Shown here piece after piece: positions 18,913 to 30,059 of a stretch of 32,000 nucleotides of DNA. Position 1 is the first letter of the stretch. Every line of letters starts with the position of its first letter. This stretch comes from Pseudomonas aeruginosa. Its GTDB lineage: Bacteria > Pseudomonadota > Gammaproteobacteria > Pseudomonadales > Pseudomonadaceae. The notes beneath the pieces are model-generated. The model saw nothing but the letters and a program-made list of their open reading frames with translations, ran no database searches and was not told the DNA's origin. The stretch is from positions 3,780,001 to 3,812,000 of the forward strand of contig NZ_LN831024.1 in NCBI RefSeq assembly GCF_001457615.1, written 5' to 3'. A program made the position numbers and the translations under genes.

Positions 18913-18925
18913 TAAATCGATTTCA
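18913..18925. promoter_or_regulatory. LysR-type T-N11-A box with internal dyad (AAATCGATTT)
   Basis: TAAATCGATTTCA contains the perfect 10-bp palindrome at 18914-18923. It lies in the AT-rich stretch of the LysR/MFS divergent region. Confidence 0.45.
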
Positions 18926-19086
18926 TTTATTTATCCGGAATTGTTTCCATCGCTTCACCACAACGCGCCAGCGCCTCGGCAGCCAGCCCCTGCCAGGGCA
19001 GCCGCAACCCTTACCCAGGAGGTGAAGCCGACTCCAGATACCTCTGACCAGGCACCGCGACATGGCGGTGCGGAAGTGCTCATCAG

Positions 19087-19099
19087 AACAACAACAAGG
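19087..19099 (+). promoter_or_regulatory. AACAACAACAAGG, an (ARN)4 / AAnAAnAA catabolite-repression (Hfq/Crc) type motif in the MFS leader
   Basis: Read directly. It is on the sense strand 52-64 nt upstream of ATG 19151. That is farther from the start codon than typical functional CA motifs. Confidence 0.35.
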
Positions 19100-19150
19100 C
19101 GTGTTCCCCTCACACCTGCCGGCACCGATAACAAGATCGAGGTCAGATCC

Positions 19151-20512
19151 ATGAATCAACGTCCCGGGACGGCGCTGCCGTCCTCTCCCGTGTCCAGCTT
19201 CCAGCGCTGGCGCCTGCAGATATTCGCGATCACCTGGCTGGCCTACGCCGCCTTCTATTTCACCCGCAAGGCCTTTTCCGTCGCCAAGCTCGGCATCGCC
19301 GAAGATCCGGACTTCCAGTTGGACAAGATGGCGATGGCCGATCTCGACGCCATCTATCTCGCCGCCTATGCCGTCGGCCAGTTCACCTGGGGCGTGCTGG
19401 CCGACCGCTTCGGCCCGCGCATCGTGGTGTTCGGCGGCCTGCTGATCTCCGCACTGGCCGCGCTGGTCATGGGCACCTTCGCCACCCTGCCGATCTTCGC
19501 CACCTGCATGGTGGTCCAGGGACTGGCGCAGTCCACCGGCTGGTCGGGGCTGTGCAAGAACATCGGCAGTTTCTTCGCCACCCACGAACGCGGTCGGGTG
19601 CTCGGCCTGTGGAGCACCTGCTACGCCTTCGGCGGCCTGGTCGCCTCGCCGTTCGCCGGCTGGTGGGCGTACAGCGTGTTCGGTACCTGGCACGCGGCGT
19701 TCTACTCCAGCGCCGCGGTGGTCGGCGGCGTGGCCCTGCTGTTCCTGCTGTTGCAGCGCAACCGCCCGGAAGACGTCGGCCATCCTCCCGTCGAACCGCA
19801 GGCCGCGAGCGAAGCCGTGCGCTATGCCGGCTTCAGGCCGGAAGGCGGCAACGGCGGCAGCCTGCAGGTGCTCGCCAAGGTGGTGCGCAACCGCACGGTG
19901 CTCTGCCTCGGCCTGGCCTACTTCCTGCTCAAGCCGGCGCGCTACGCGATCCTCCTGTGGGGACCGGTGATCGTCTACGAACGCATGCCGGCGCTCGGCA
20001 AGGTCGGCGCGGCGATCGTTCCCACCGCCTTCGAGGTAGCCGGCCTGCTCGGCCCGATCCTGATCGGCTTCGCCTCGGACAAGCTGTTCGGCGCACGGCG
20101 CATGCCGGCCTGCGTGATCAGCCTGCTGGCGCTGACCGTCTGCCTGGCGCTGTTCGTCCCGGCGATGACCACCGGCAGCATTCCGATAGTGGTCGGCCTG
20201 CTGTTCATGATGGGACTGACCCTGTACGGCCCGGACTCGATGATCTGCGGCTCCGCCGCCATCGACTTCGGCACCAGCGAGGCCGCCGGCACCGCCTCCG
20301 GCTTCGTCAATGGCTGCGGTTCGGTGGGCGCGATCCTCGGCGGTCTGTTGCCCGGCTATTTCGACACCTACACGGTGTTCATCGGCTTCACCATCGCAGC
20401 CCTGATCGCCACCGCGGTGCTCCTCCCGCACTGGAACAGCCGGCCCGGCGGCGCACGGGAAAGCCTGCGGAATATCCCCAGCCTGGCGGACTTCCGTCCC
20501 ATCCGCTCCTGA
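19151..20512 (+). CDS. MFS transporter of the organophosphate:Pi antiporter (GlpT/UhpT/UhpC-like) family
   Basis: 453 aa. RWRLQIFAITWLAYAAFYFTRKAFS, DRFGPR, QSTGWSGLCK...HERGRVLGLWS and WHAAFY...RNRPEDVGHPPVE align with E. coli GlpT landmarks. The start at ATG 19151 places these motifs at GlpT-like positions. Confidence 0.85.
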   Translation: MNQRPGTALPSSPVSSFQRWRLQIFAITWLAYAAFYFTRKAFSVAKLGIAEDPDFQLDKMAMADLDAIYLAAYAVGQFTWGVLADRFGPRIVVFGGLLISALAALVMGTFATLPIFATCMVVQGLAQSTGWSGLCKNIGSFFATHERGRVLGLWSTCYAFGGLVASPFAGWWAYSVFGTWHAAFYSSAAVVGGVALLFLLLQRNRPEDVGHPPVEPQAASEAVRYAGFRPEGGNGGSLQVLAKVVRNRTVLCLGLAYFLLKPARYAILLWGPVIVYERMPALGKVGAAIVPTAFEVAGLLGPILIGFASDKLFGARRMPACVISLLALTVCLALFVPAMTTGSIPIVVGLLFMMGLTLYGPDSMICGSAAIDFGTSEAAGTASGFVNGCGSVGAILGGLLPGYFDTYTVFIGFTIAALIATAVLLPHWNSRPGGARESLRNIPSLADFRPIRS

Positions 20513-20567
20513 CCGTCCGCGGCGGGAACCTCCGCCGCGTCCTTCTCCACGAACCGGGAACCCCCTC

Positions 20568-20921
20568 ATGCATATCGAACGTTTCGAAGTCGTCAAGCGT
20601 CGGGCCGAGATGGCCCTGCACGGCAACACGGTCTACATCGGCGGCCAGGTCGCAGACGACCCCAGCGGTGACATCCAGGACCAGACCCGCCAGATCCTGG
20701 AGAACATCGACCGGCTGCTCCAGAGCGTCGGCAGCGACCGCGGCCAGGTGCTCTCGGTACGCATACTGCTAGCCCACCGGGAGGACTACGCCGGTCTCAA
20801 CCAGGTCTGGGACCAGTGGTTTCCCGAAGGCCGGGCGCCGACCCGCGCCTGTAGCCTGGCCGAGTTGATCGACCCGCGTTGGCGGGTGGAAATGATCGTC
20901 GTCGCCGCCCGCCCGCAGTGA
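20568..20921 (+). CDS. RidA/YjgF/Rid-family (enamine/imine deaminase-like) protein
   Basis: 117 aa with size and pattern typical of Rid-family proteins (ALHGNTVYIGGQVADD..., RACSLAEL...VEMIVVAA). The subfamily is not resolved. Confidence 0.75.
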   Translation: MHIERFEVVKRRAEMALHGNTVYIGGQVADDPSGDIQDQTRQILENIDRLLQSVGSDRGQVLSVRILLAHREDYAGLNQVWDQWFPEGRAPTRACSLAELIDPRWRVEMIVVAARPQ

Positions 20922-20931
20922 GAGCACAGCC

Positions 20932-22329
20932 ATGACCTTCCGACCCTTCTGGCTGGACCAGGCCCTACGCTCCGAACATGCGGCACCCTGCCCGCCGCTG
21001 GCCGGGGATACCCGCGCCGACGTGTGCATCGTCGGCGGCGGCTACACCGGCCTGTGGACCGCCATCATGCTCAAGGAGCACGATCCCGGGCTCGACGTGG
21101 TGCTGGTCGAGGCCGATCTCTGCGGCGCCGGCGCCAGCGGCCGCAACGGCGGCTGCGCGCTGTCCTGGTCGGCCAAGTTCTTCACCCTGGAACGGCTGTT
21201 CGGACTAACCGAGGCGATCCGCCTGGTCAAGGCCTCCGAGGACAGCATCCGGGCCATCGGCGCCTTCTGCCAGCGCTACGACGTCGAGGCCGACTACCGG
21301 CTGGACGGCACCCTCTATACCGCCACCAACCCGGCCCAGGTCGGCAGCACCGACAGCGTGATCGCCGCTCTGGAGCGCCACGGCATCAACTCCTTCGCCA
21401 AGCGCCCGCTGGCCGACGTGCAGCGCCTGGCCGGCTCGCGCAGGCACCTGGAGGGCTGGTTCTCGCCGGCTGCCGCGACGGTGCAACCAGGCAAGCTGGT
21501 TCGCGGCCTGCGCCGGGTCGCCCTGCAACTGGGGGTACGCCTGTACGAAGGCACGCCGATGCGAGGACTGGAGCACGGCCGCCCGGCGGAAGTGGTCACC
21601 CCCCACGGGCGGGTCGTCGCCGGCCGCGTGGTGCTGGCGCTGAACGCCTGGATGGCGAGGGCCTTCCCGCAGTTCGAACGCAGCGTGGCGATCGTCTCCA
21701 GCGACATGCTCATCACCGAGCCACGACCGGACCTGTTGCAGGAGATCGGCCTGACCAGCGGGGTCAGCGTGCTCGACTCACGGATCTTCGTGCATTACTA
21801 CCACAACACCCCGGACGGCCGGCTGATGCTCGGCAAGGGCGGCAACACCTTCGCCTACGGCGGACGCATGCTACCGGTGTTCGACCGTCCCTCGCCGTAT
21901 CTCGGACAACTGCGTGGCAGCTTGCGGGAGTTCTTCCCCGAGTTCGCCGAGGTCGCCATCGAGGCCAGCTGGAACGGTCCGTCGGATCGCTCGGTGACCG
22001 GCCTGCCGTTCTTCGGCCGGCTCGACGGCCGCGACAATGTGTTCTACGGCTTCGGCTACTCCGGCAGCGGCGTCGGTCCATGCCACATGGGCGGGCAGAT
22101 CCTTTCTTCGCTGGCGCTCGGCCTGGACAATCCCTGGACCCGTTCGCCGCTGACCCAGGGGCCGCTCGGCCGCTTCCCGCCGGAGCCGATCCGCTATGTC
22201 GGTTCGCTGATGGTGCGCAACGCGATCCGTCGCAAGGAGCACGCCGAAGACGCCGGCCGGCGCCCGCGTCATCTCGACGTACGCCTGGCCAGGTTCGCCG
22301 CCGCCGCGGGCAAGGCCGACAAGGGTTGA
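20932..22329 (+). CDS. FAD-dependent (DAO-family) amine oxidoreductase, PuuB/PauB-like
   Basis: 465 aa. It has the dinucleotide fold ADVCIVGGGYTGLWTA and GASGRNGG, the same motif as the PauB2 encoded downstream. It starts 10 nt after the RidA stop, which suggests an operon. Confidence 0.85.
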   Translation: MTFRPFWLDQALRSEHAAPCPPLAGDTRADVCIVGGGYTGLWTAIMLKEHDPGLDVVLVEADLCGAGASGRNGGCALSWSAKFFTLERLFGLTEAIRLVKASEDSIRAIGAFCQRYDVEADYRLDGTLYTATNPAQVGSTDSVIAALERHGINSFAKRPLADVQRLAGSRRHLEGWFSPAAATVQPGKLVRGLRRVALQLGVRLYEGTPMRGLEHGRPAEVVTPHGRVVAGRVVLALNAWMARAFPQFERSVAIVSSDMLITEPRPDLLQEIGLTSGVSVLDSRIFVHYYHNTPDGRLMLGKGGNTFAYGGRMLPVFDRPSPYLGQLRGSLREFFPEFAEVAIEASWNGPSDRSVTGLPFFGRLDGRDNVFYGFGYSGSGVGPCHMGGQILSSLALGLDNPWTRSPLTQGPLGRFPPEPIRYVGSLMVRNAIRRKEHAEDAGRRPRHLDVRLARFAAAAGKADKG

Positions 22330-22796
22330 GCCGCTTTCCGGGCGTCTCTTCAGCCCATTCGGGGGCGCCCTTCTTTTTCCTTCGGTTTCGATTTCGCTCA
22401 AGCAAAGGTCGTAAAAAGCGCATTTAATTCACCCGTCAGCCTGTGCGAGGCTGTTCCAACCCCTGGCCCAGTTTTCCTTCATGCACCTACCGACGACGCG
22501 CACCCTGCCCTACCAGCCTTCCGCCAACCCGGCCGGAACGCCCGCGCGTCTACCCCGCAAGCACAGCCGCTGGCTGGAACTGGAGCCGCTCGCCCTCCCT
22601 CTCGAACTGGCCTTCTGGGCGCTCTGGCATTGCCGCCACGCGCGTCCGCCGGACGCTCGTCACGCCTGATATGCCTCCGGCCCCGCGCAACGGCGGGGCC
22701 GGCCTGCCGCTTGCATGCCGTTCCGCGACGCTGCCGTCGCCGGAGCGCCGCTGCGAGCGTCGCGACGCTACCGGACAAGACCGACAAGAGAGCCCC

Positions 22797-24161
22797 ATGA
22801 ACTTCGCCTGCGAACAAGAAGCCCAGGATTTCCTGGCCGCCAACCCCGACATCGAACTCTTCGAACTGTTCATTCTCGACGCCAACGGCGTGCCGCGCGG
22901 CAAGCTGCTGCACCGCGACGAGCTGCTGGCCGTCTACCGCAGCGGCCGGCCGCTGCCGAGCACCATCCTCGGGCTGACGATGAACGGCGAGGACGTCGAG
23001 GACTCCGGCCTGGTCTGGGACGTCGGCGACATCGACTGCCGCGCCTACCCCCTGTCCGGCAGCCTGGTGCGCCTGCCCTGGCGACAGATCCCGACGGCGG
23101 CGGTGCAGGTCAGCATGCACCCGAGCGAGGGCCTGCCCGCCAGCGTCGCCGATCCGCGGCACCTCCTGGTGCGAACCATCGACGCGCTGAAGAGCGAGGG
23201 CTATCACCCGGTGATGGCCGCCGAGCTGGAGTTCTACCTGCTCGACCGTGAGCGCGACGCCAACGGCCGCCCGCAACCGGCCCGCGACGCCGATGGCGGC
23301 CGCCCACGGGCGACCCAGGTCTACGGCCTGCGCGAACTGGAGCAGATCGAGCCGTTCCTCGCCGACCTCTATGCCGCCTGCAAGGCGCAGGGCCTGCCGG
23401 CACGCACGGCGATCTCGGAATATGCCCCGGGCCAGGTGGAAATCACCCTCGACCACGGCGACGCCCTCGCCGCCATGGACCAGGCGATCCGCTACAAGCG
23501 CCTGGTCAAGGGCATCGCGCACAAGCACGGGATGCTCGCCTGCTTCATGGCCAAGCCGTTCGACCACCTGGCCGGCACTGGCATGCACCTGCACGTCAGC
23601 CTGGCCGACGAACAAGGCCACAACCTGTTCGCCAGCGACGACCCCGCCGGCACGCCGTTGCTGCGCCAGGCGGTCGGCGGCATGCTCGCCAGCCTGCTCG
23701 ACTCGCTCCTGCTGTTCTGTCCCAACGCCAACTCCTACCGGCGCTTCCAGGCCAACAGCTACGCGCCGCTGGCGCAGACCTGGGGCGTCGACAACCGCAC
23801 CGTGAGCCTGCGCGTGCCGGGCGGCCCGGCCTCCAGTCGGCATATCGAGCACCGCATCTGCGGCGCCGACGCCAACCCCTACCTGGCCGCCACGGCGCTC
23901 CTCGCCGGGGTCCACCGCGGCATCCGCGAAGGCATCGATCCGGGTGCGCCGGTGGAGGGCAACGGCTACGCCCAGGCCGGCAAGCGCCTGCCCACCGACT
24001 GGCTGACCGCCCTCGATACCCTGCAAGGCTCCGAGTGGGCGCGGGAAGCCTTCGGCGAGCCGTTCCTCGGCGTCTACCTGGCGGTGAAGCGCGCGGAATA
24101 CCGGCAATTCATGGGCGAGGTCGGCGAGCAGGACTGGCGCTGGTACCTGACCCAGGCCTGA
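22797..24161 (+). CDS. pauA3: Gamma-glutamylpolyamine synthetase (glutamine synthetase type III-like, PuuA family)
   Basis: 454 aa. It aligns with E. coli PuuA (ELEFYLLDRERD, EYAPGQVEI, FMAKPF...GTGMHLHVSL, NSYRRFQ, NRTVSLRVP). The start at MNFACEQ is set by alignment to PuuA/SpuB N-termini. The symbol is from my memory of the PAO1 pau nomenclature. Confidence 0.88.
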   Translation: MNFACEQEAQDFLAANPDIELFELFILDANGVPRGKLLHRDELLAVYRSGRPLPSTILGLTMNGEDVEDSGLVWDVGDIDCRAYPLSGSLVRLPWRQIPTAAVQVSMHPSEGLPASVADPRHLLVRTIDALKSEGYHPVMAAELEFYLLDRERDANGRPQPARDADGGRPRATQVYGLRELEQIEPFLADLYAACKAQGLPARTAISEYAPGQVEITLDHGDALAAMDQAIRYKRLVKGIAHKHGMLACFMAKPFDHLAGTGMHLHVSLADEQGHNLFASDDPAGTPLLRQAVGGMLASLLDSLLLFCPNANSYRRFQANSYAPLAQTWGVDNRTVSLRVPGGPASSRHIEHRICGADANPYLAATALLAGVHRGIREGIDPGAPVEGNGYAQAGKRLPTDWLTALDTLQGSEWAREAFGEPFLGVYLAVKRAEYRQFMGEVGEQDWRWYLTQA

Positions 24162-24229
24162 GATCCCGGACCCGCCCGCATACGGCGGCGCGCCGGCAGG
24201 ACGCGCCGCACTGGAACAAGGAATACCCG

Positions 24230-25540
24230 ATGAACGCAGCAATCCATCCCCGTCCGGCCGCGGAACGCGCGCCGTCCTACTACGCCGCCACGCTCAACGA
24301 GGAAACCGACTATCCGACCCTGCTGGGCGCGGTGACGGTCGACATCGCCATCATCGGCGGCGGCTTCACCGGCGTCGCCACGGCGGTCGAACTGGCCGAG
24401 CGTGGCTACAAGGTAGCCCTGGTCGAGACCCATCGCATCGGCTGGGGCGCCAGCGGGCGCAACGGCGGCCAGGTCACCGGCAGCCTGTCCGGCGACGCGG
24501 CGATGCACAAGCAGATGCGCCAATGGCTGGGCGCCGAGGTCGAGGACTTCATCTGGCACCTGCGCTGGCGCGGCCACGAGATCATCCGCCAGCGGGTGGA
24601 GAAGTACGGCATCGCCTGCGACCTTCGCCATGGCCACCTGCACGCGGCGATGAAGGCCAGCCACATGGGCGAGCTGCAGGCCTCCTACGAGGAGGCGGTG
24701 CGCCGCGGCATGGGCGACCAGGTGGTCCTGCTGGACAAGGCCGGCGTCCAGGCCCACCTGGAGACCGAGCTGTACTGCGGCGCGCTGAAGAACACCCGCA
24801 ACATGCACCTGCACCCGCTCAACCTGTGCATCGGCGAGGCCAGGGCGGCGGCCGGCCTCGGCGCGCTGATCTTCGAACATTCCGAGGTGCTGGATATCGT
24901 CCACGGCCCGCGGCCGGCGGTGATTACCCGCGAGGGAAGGATCGAGGCGCAGCAGATCCTGCTTGCCGGCGATGTCTACCACAAGCTCGAACGCAGGCAG
25001 CTCAAGGGGATGATCTTCCCGGCCATGGGCGGAATCGTTACCACCCGGCCGCTGGGCGAGCTGGCACGGGAGATCAACCCGCAGGGGCTGGCGGTCTACG
25101 ATTGCCGCTTCGTCCTCGATTACTACCGCCCCACCGCCGACGGCCGCCTGCTGTTCGGTGGCGGCGCCAACTACTCGGGCCGCGACTCGCGGGACATCGC
25201 CGCCGAGCTGCGGCCATGCATCGAGCGCACCTTCCCGCGCCTGAAGGGCGTGGAGATCGAGTTCCAGTGGAGTTGCGCCATGGGCATCGTGATGAACCGG
25301 ATCCCCCAGCTCGGCAAGCTCTCCGACAACGTCTGGTACTGCCAGGGCTACTCGGGGCATGGCGTGGCCACCAGCCACATCATGGGCGAGATCATGGCCA
25401 AGGCGATGAGCGGGAGCCTGGAGCAGTTCGACACCTTCGCCCGTTGCAAGCACCTCAGGGTGCCGCTGGGCGACCTCTTCGGCAATCCGATGCTGGCCGC
25501 CGGGATGTGGTACTACCAGCTCATGGAGAAGCTGCGCTGA
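24230..25540 (+). CDS. pauB2: FAD-dependent gamma-glutamylpolyamine oxidoreductase (PuuB family)
   Basis: 436 aa with DIAIIGGGFTGVATA and GASGRNGGQV. It starts 68 nt downstream of pauA3. The start at MNAAIHP follows AAGGAA. Confidence 0.85.
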   Translation: MNAAIHPRPAAERAPSYYAATLNEETDYPTLLGAVTVDIAIIGGGFTGVATAVELAERGYKVALVETHRIGWGASGRNGGQVTGSLSGDAAMHKQMRQWLGAEVEDFIWHLRWRGHEIIRQRVEKYGIACDLRHGHLHAAMKASHMGELQASYEEAVRRGMGDQVVLLDKAGVQAHLETELYCGALKNTRNMHLHPLNLCIGEARAAAGLGALIFEHSEVLDIVHGPRPAVITREGRIEAQQILLAGDVYHKLERRQLKGMIFPAMGGIVTTRPLGELAREINPQGLAVYDCRFVLDYYRPTADGRLLFGGGANYSGRDSRDIAAELRPCIERTFPRLKGVEIEFQWSCAMGIVMNRIPQLGKLSDNVWYCQGYSGHGVATSHIMGEIMAKAMSGSLEQFDTFARCKHLRVPLGDLFGNPMLAAGMWYYQLMEKLR

Positions 25541-25571
25541 AGCGCGAGGGATGGCGGGGTCCGCGGAAGGC

Positions 25572-25811
25572 CTAGTCGGCCTTCTTGCGGATCCAGTAGA
25601 GATAGGTGCCCGCCTCTTCCTGCTGCTCGACCAGCTCGTGGCCGAGGAACACGCAGAACTTGGGGATGTCGCGGCGGGTCGAGGGATCGGTGGCAATCAC
25701 CTTGAGCAGGCCGCCGGGCGCCAGGTCGCGGACCTTGTTGTGCAGCATCATCACCGGCTCGGGACAGTTCAGGCCGGTGGCGTCGAGAATGGCGTCGACA
25801 GAATGGGTCAT
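25572..25811 (-). CDS. tusA: Sulfurtransferase TusA
   Basis: 79 aa. [15 protein letters not shown]...[12 protein letters not shown] aligns with E. coli TusA, including the active-site Cys in the CPEP motif. A GGAG SD precedes ATG 25811. Confidence 0.9.
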   Translation of the reverse strand: MTHSVDAILDATGLNCPEPVMMLHNKVRDLAPGGLLKVIATDPSTRRDIPKFCVFLGHELVEQQEEAGTYLYWIRKKAD

Positions 25812-25895
25812 CGGGAAACTCCGCAACAGAATCCGCGCATTGTCGCGCATGCGGCGCGGCCGGTCACCTGTCCCCGGCCGGAATGCCGCCGCCCC

Positions 25896-26954
25896 TCAGC
25901 GTTCGAGGCGGCGTAGATGGCAGGTCACTTCCTCGCGGTCGTGATACAGCTGCTTGCAGCCGATCGCTACCTTCAGGCCGCGCGCGTCAAAGCTCTCGCG
26001 CAGGCGCTGGAGGATCTTGCGCACCTCGGCATAGCGCTGCTTCATCGGCAGCTTGAGGTTGACCACCGCCTCGCGGCAAAGCCCTTCGCCGATCCAGGTC
26101 TCGATCAACGCACCGGTGCGTGCCGGCTTCTCGACGATGTCGCAGACCATCCAGTCGACCCGCTGGCGCGGGCGGTACTGGTAGCCGTCGACCTTCTGGT
26201 GGTCGACCAGCCCGGAATACATCAGGTTCTCCGCCATCGGCCCGTTGTCCACGGCGGTCACCCGCATCTCCCGGTTAACCAGTTGCCAGGTCCAGCCGCC
26301 CGGCGCCGCACCGAGGTCTACGGCGAGCATGTCCGGCGCCAGGCGCTTGTCCCATTCGCTGCGCGGGATGAACTGGTGCCAGGCTTCCTCCAGCTTCAGC
26401 GTCGAACGGCTCGGCGCCTCGCGGGGAAACTTCAGGCGCGGGATGCCCATCGGCCAGAGCGCGCTGTTGCGCGGCTCGGCGAGGCCGACGAAGACTTCCC
26501 GGCCGGAGCGGAAGGTCAGCAGCAGGCGCGGCAGCGCCGGGTCCTCCTGCAACCGCCCGGCCTTCACCAGCGCCGCGCGCAGCGGTTTCTCGAACTTGCG
26601 GCAGAAGGTCGACACCTCCTTGCCGGCATTGGTGTCCAGCACCTCCAGCCAGAGGCTGCCGCAAACCGGATAACTCGCCAGTTCCGCCAGCAGTACCTCG
26701 ATGCGCTGGCTTTCCGGCAATTCGATGAAGCCGGGCCCGCGCGCCCACTGGCGCGGGAAGATCAAGTCGGCGAAACGCAGGCGGCGCATCAGGCGCTCGG
26801 CGCCGTCGGCGTCCTGGCAGACGAACTCGACGTGGGCGCTGGCCGGCTTGCTCTTGGCATAGCCGGGAATCTCGAGAGTGGCTGCATGCTCGGCGATTTC
26901 GGCGCAGACTTCACCTTCGAAGCCTGGCCGGCAGTGCATCAACAGGGTATTCAT
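25896..26954 (-). CDS. rlmM: 23S rRNA (cytidine2498-2'-O)-methyltransferase RlmM
   Basis: 352 aa. MNTLLMHCRPGFE..., GIPRLKFPREAPSRSTLKLEEAWH, VDLGAAPGGWT and MVCDIVEKPA align along the whole length with E. coli RlmM/YgdE. An AAGGAGA SD precedes ATG 26954. Confidence 0.92.
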   Translation of the reverse strand: MNTLLMHCRPGFEGEVCAEIAEHAATLEIPGYAKSKPASAHVEFVCQDADGAERLMRRLRFADLIFPRQWARGPGFIELPESQRIEVLLAELASYPVCGSLWLEVLDTNAGKEVSTFCRKFEKPLRAALVKAGRLQEDPALPRLLLTFRSGREVFVGLAEPRNSALWPMGIPRLKFPREAPSRSTLKLEEAWHQFIPRSEWDKRLAPDMLAVDLGAAPGGWTWQLVNREMRVTAVDNGPMAENLMYSGLVDHQKVDGYQYRPRQRVDWMVCDIVEKPARTGALIETWIGEGLCREAVVNLKLPMKQRYAEVRKILQRLRESFDARGLKVAIGCKQLYHDREEVTCHLRRLER

Positions 26955-27218
26955 GGGGTTGTCTCCTTGGCCGCGCACTATAGTGCCGGGCATGCCTCAA
27001 GGGAACTGCAGCGACCGTTCGTCGGTCCAGTGTATATGGCAGGAGCCCTCGAGCCGGTCTAGCTTGAAGGTTTCGAACAACGCTATCCCAAAGTCTGACT
27101 CTCGCCAGCGGCCGGTACCGATGGGATCGGGCCACCGCGCATTACCGAGGTAACGGCACCCTGGCGTCCGCGGACGCCGCGGGTCCCGGGCGAAGCCAGG
27201 CACTATCGGCTCGACGAC

Positions 27219-27247
27219 GGGCCTGGCGTCAGGACGAGGCCAGGCCC
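27219..27247 (+). other. 9-bp-stem hairpin in the acnA 5' region
   Basis: GGGCCTGGC-N11-GCCAGGCCC ends 33 nt before the acnA ATG. Confidence 0.5.
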
Positions 27248-27280
27248 GCCGCCCCCGGGCCCGCCGTGAGGAAATCAGAA

Positions 27281-30013
<2,733 letters not shown>

Positions 30014-30033
30014 GGCAGCGGCGGTACGCGCGG

Positions 30034-30059
30034 AGGGGTGGCTTCGGCCACCCCTTTTT
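30034..30059 (+). terminator. Rho-independent terminator of acnA
   Basis: AGGGGTGGC-TTCG-GCCACCCCT stem followed by TTTT, 20 nt after the stop. Confidence 0.8.

Noticed and set aside
18941-19150. Possible riboswitch in the long GC-rich leader of the MFS operon
   Set aside because: I could not match it to any riboswitch class I know. There are no conserved loop motifs such as the ACGR loops of guanidine-II or a TPP, FMN or cobalamin core. Only one simple hairpin is evident.
22624-22640. TGGCATtgccgCCACG, a possible sigma54 element upstream of pauA3
   Set aside because: The -24 half is good, but no TTGC/GC -12 element lies at the required spacing.
22481-22669. 62-aa ORF in the long pauA3 upstream region, with fairly high third-position GC (about 80% by my count)
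   Set aside because: It has no SD before the ATG (ttttccttcATG) and no recognisable motif. It is too short for the GC3 signal to mean anything in GC-rich DNA. It would only be worth revisiting if ribosome profiling shows occupancy.
22443-22796. 118-codon in-frame N-terminal extension of pauA3. Similar 5' extensions appear in the ORF track for acnA (27266), aer (30038), pauB2 (24035), the MFS gene (18941), ppnP (15208), the exonuclease gene (14492) and the DUF486 gene (13003).
   Set aside because: The extensions are not protein-like and push conserved N-terminal motifs away from their positions in homologues. Internal ATGs with proper SDs fit the homologue lengths.
27033-27095. Possible sigma70 hexamers for acnA (TATATG at 27033; TTGAAG...TATCCC around 27064-27089)
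   Set aside because: The spacing is wrong (14 nt) or the -35 partners are poor, so they are not good enough to report as promoters.
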